Assembly (NCBI GenBank): GCA_964188305.1
Contig: OZ076893.1
DNA from: Podarcis bocagei
Taxonomy: Eukaryota
Direction: 5' to 3' (one strand)
DNA: 64,000 bases
In this document: piece by piece, positions 63,851-64,000 of the stretch
Numbering within the stretch: position 1 is the stretch's first letter
Layout of the letters: each line of letters opens with the position of its first letter
Notes under the pieces: model-generated
The model's input: the letters and a program-made list of their open reading frames with translations, nothing else
Database searches by the model: none
Told to the model about the DNA's origin: nothing
Program-made: the position numbers and the translations under genes

Positions 63851-63968
63851 CATGGGTGTAGCCAAGGGGGACGGGGGGCAGCTGCCCCCCCAATAAATTA
63901 AAAATCAACACAAATCAAAACAAATCTGAGGTTCTGCCCCTCTAACTAAAATCCTGGCTATGCCCATG
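63851..63968. mobile_element. hAT-like MITE
   Basis: TIRs catgggtgtagcca / tggctatgcccatg. Confidence 0.6.
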
Positions 63969-64000
63969 CCCCCATCCTACCAGTAGAAAGGCAGCTATTT

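Overview
Repeat-rich vertebrate genomic DNA, almost certainly from a squamate and probably a lacertid lizard, judging from Sauria SINEs, BovB, a young L2, CR1, and hAT/Tc1-mariner/Harbinger MITEs. I cannot support an intact host gene here; it reads as a large intron or gene desert. The only long ORF is the uninterrupted 3' part of an L2 LINE ORF2 (reverse transcriptase), running in from the left edge. The most unusual item is an isolated ~550-bp alpha-protocadherin exon fragment (end of EC5, EC6, transmembrane helix; minus strand, 34379-35505). It is split by a solo LTR with a perfect 5-bp target-site duplication (TSD) and has a 1-bp frameshift, and no other protocadherin sequence occurs in the window. 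Other structure includes multi-level nested insertions, a chimeric hAT element carrying an L2 tail, two ~98% identical inverted solo LTRs with full promoter motifs, a 445-bp tail-to-tail MITE palindrome, an unclassified LTR/DIRS-like family in 4 copies, and several repeat-free candidate conserved non-coding blocks. Family names come from recognised motifs, not database searches. Most short ORFs in the supplied track appear spurious.
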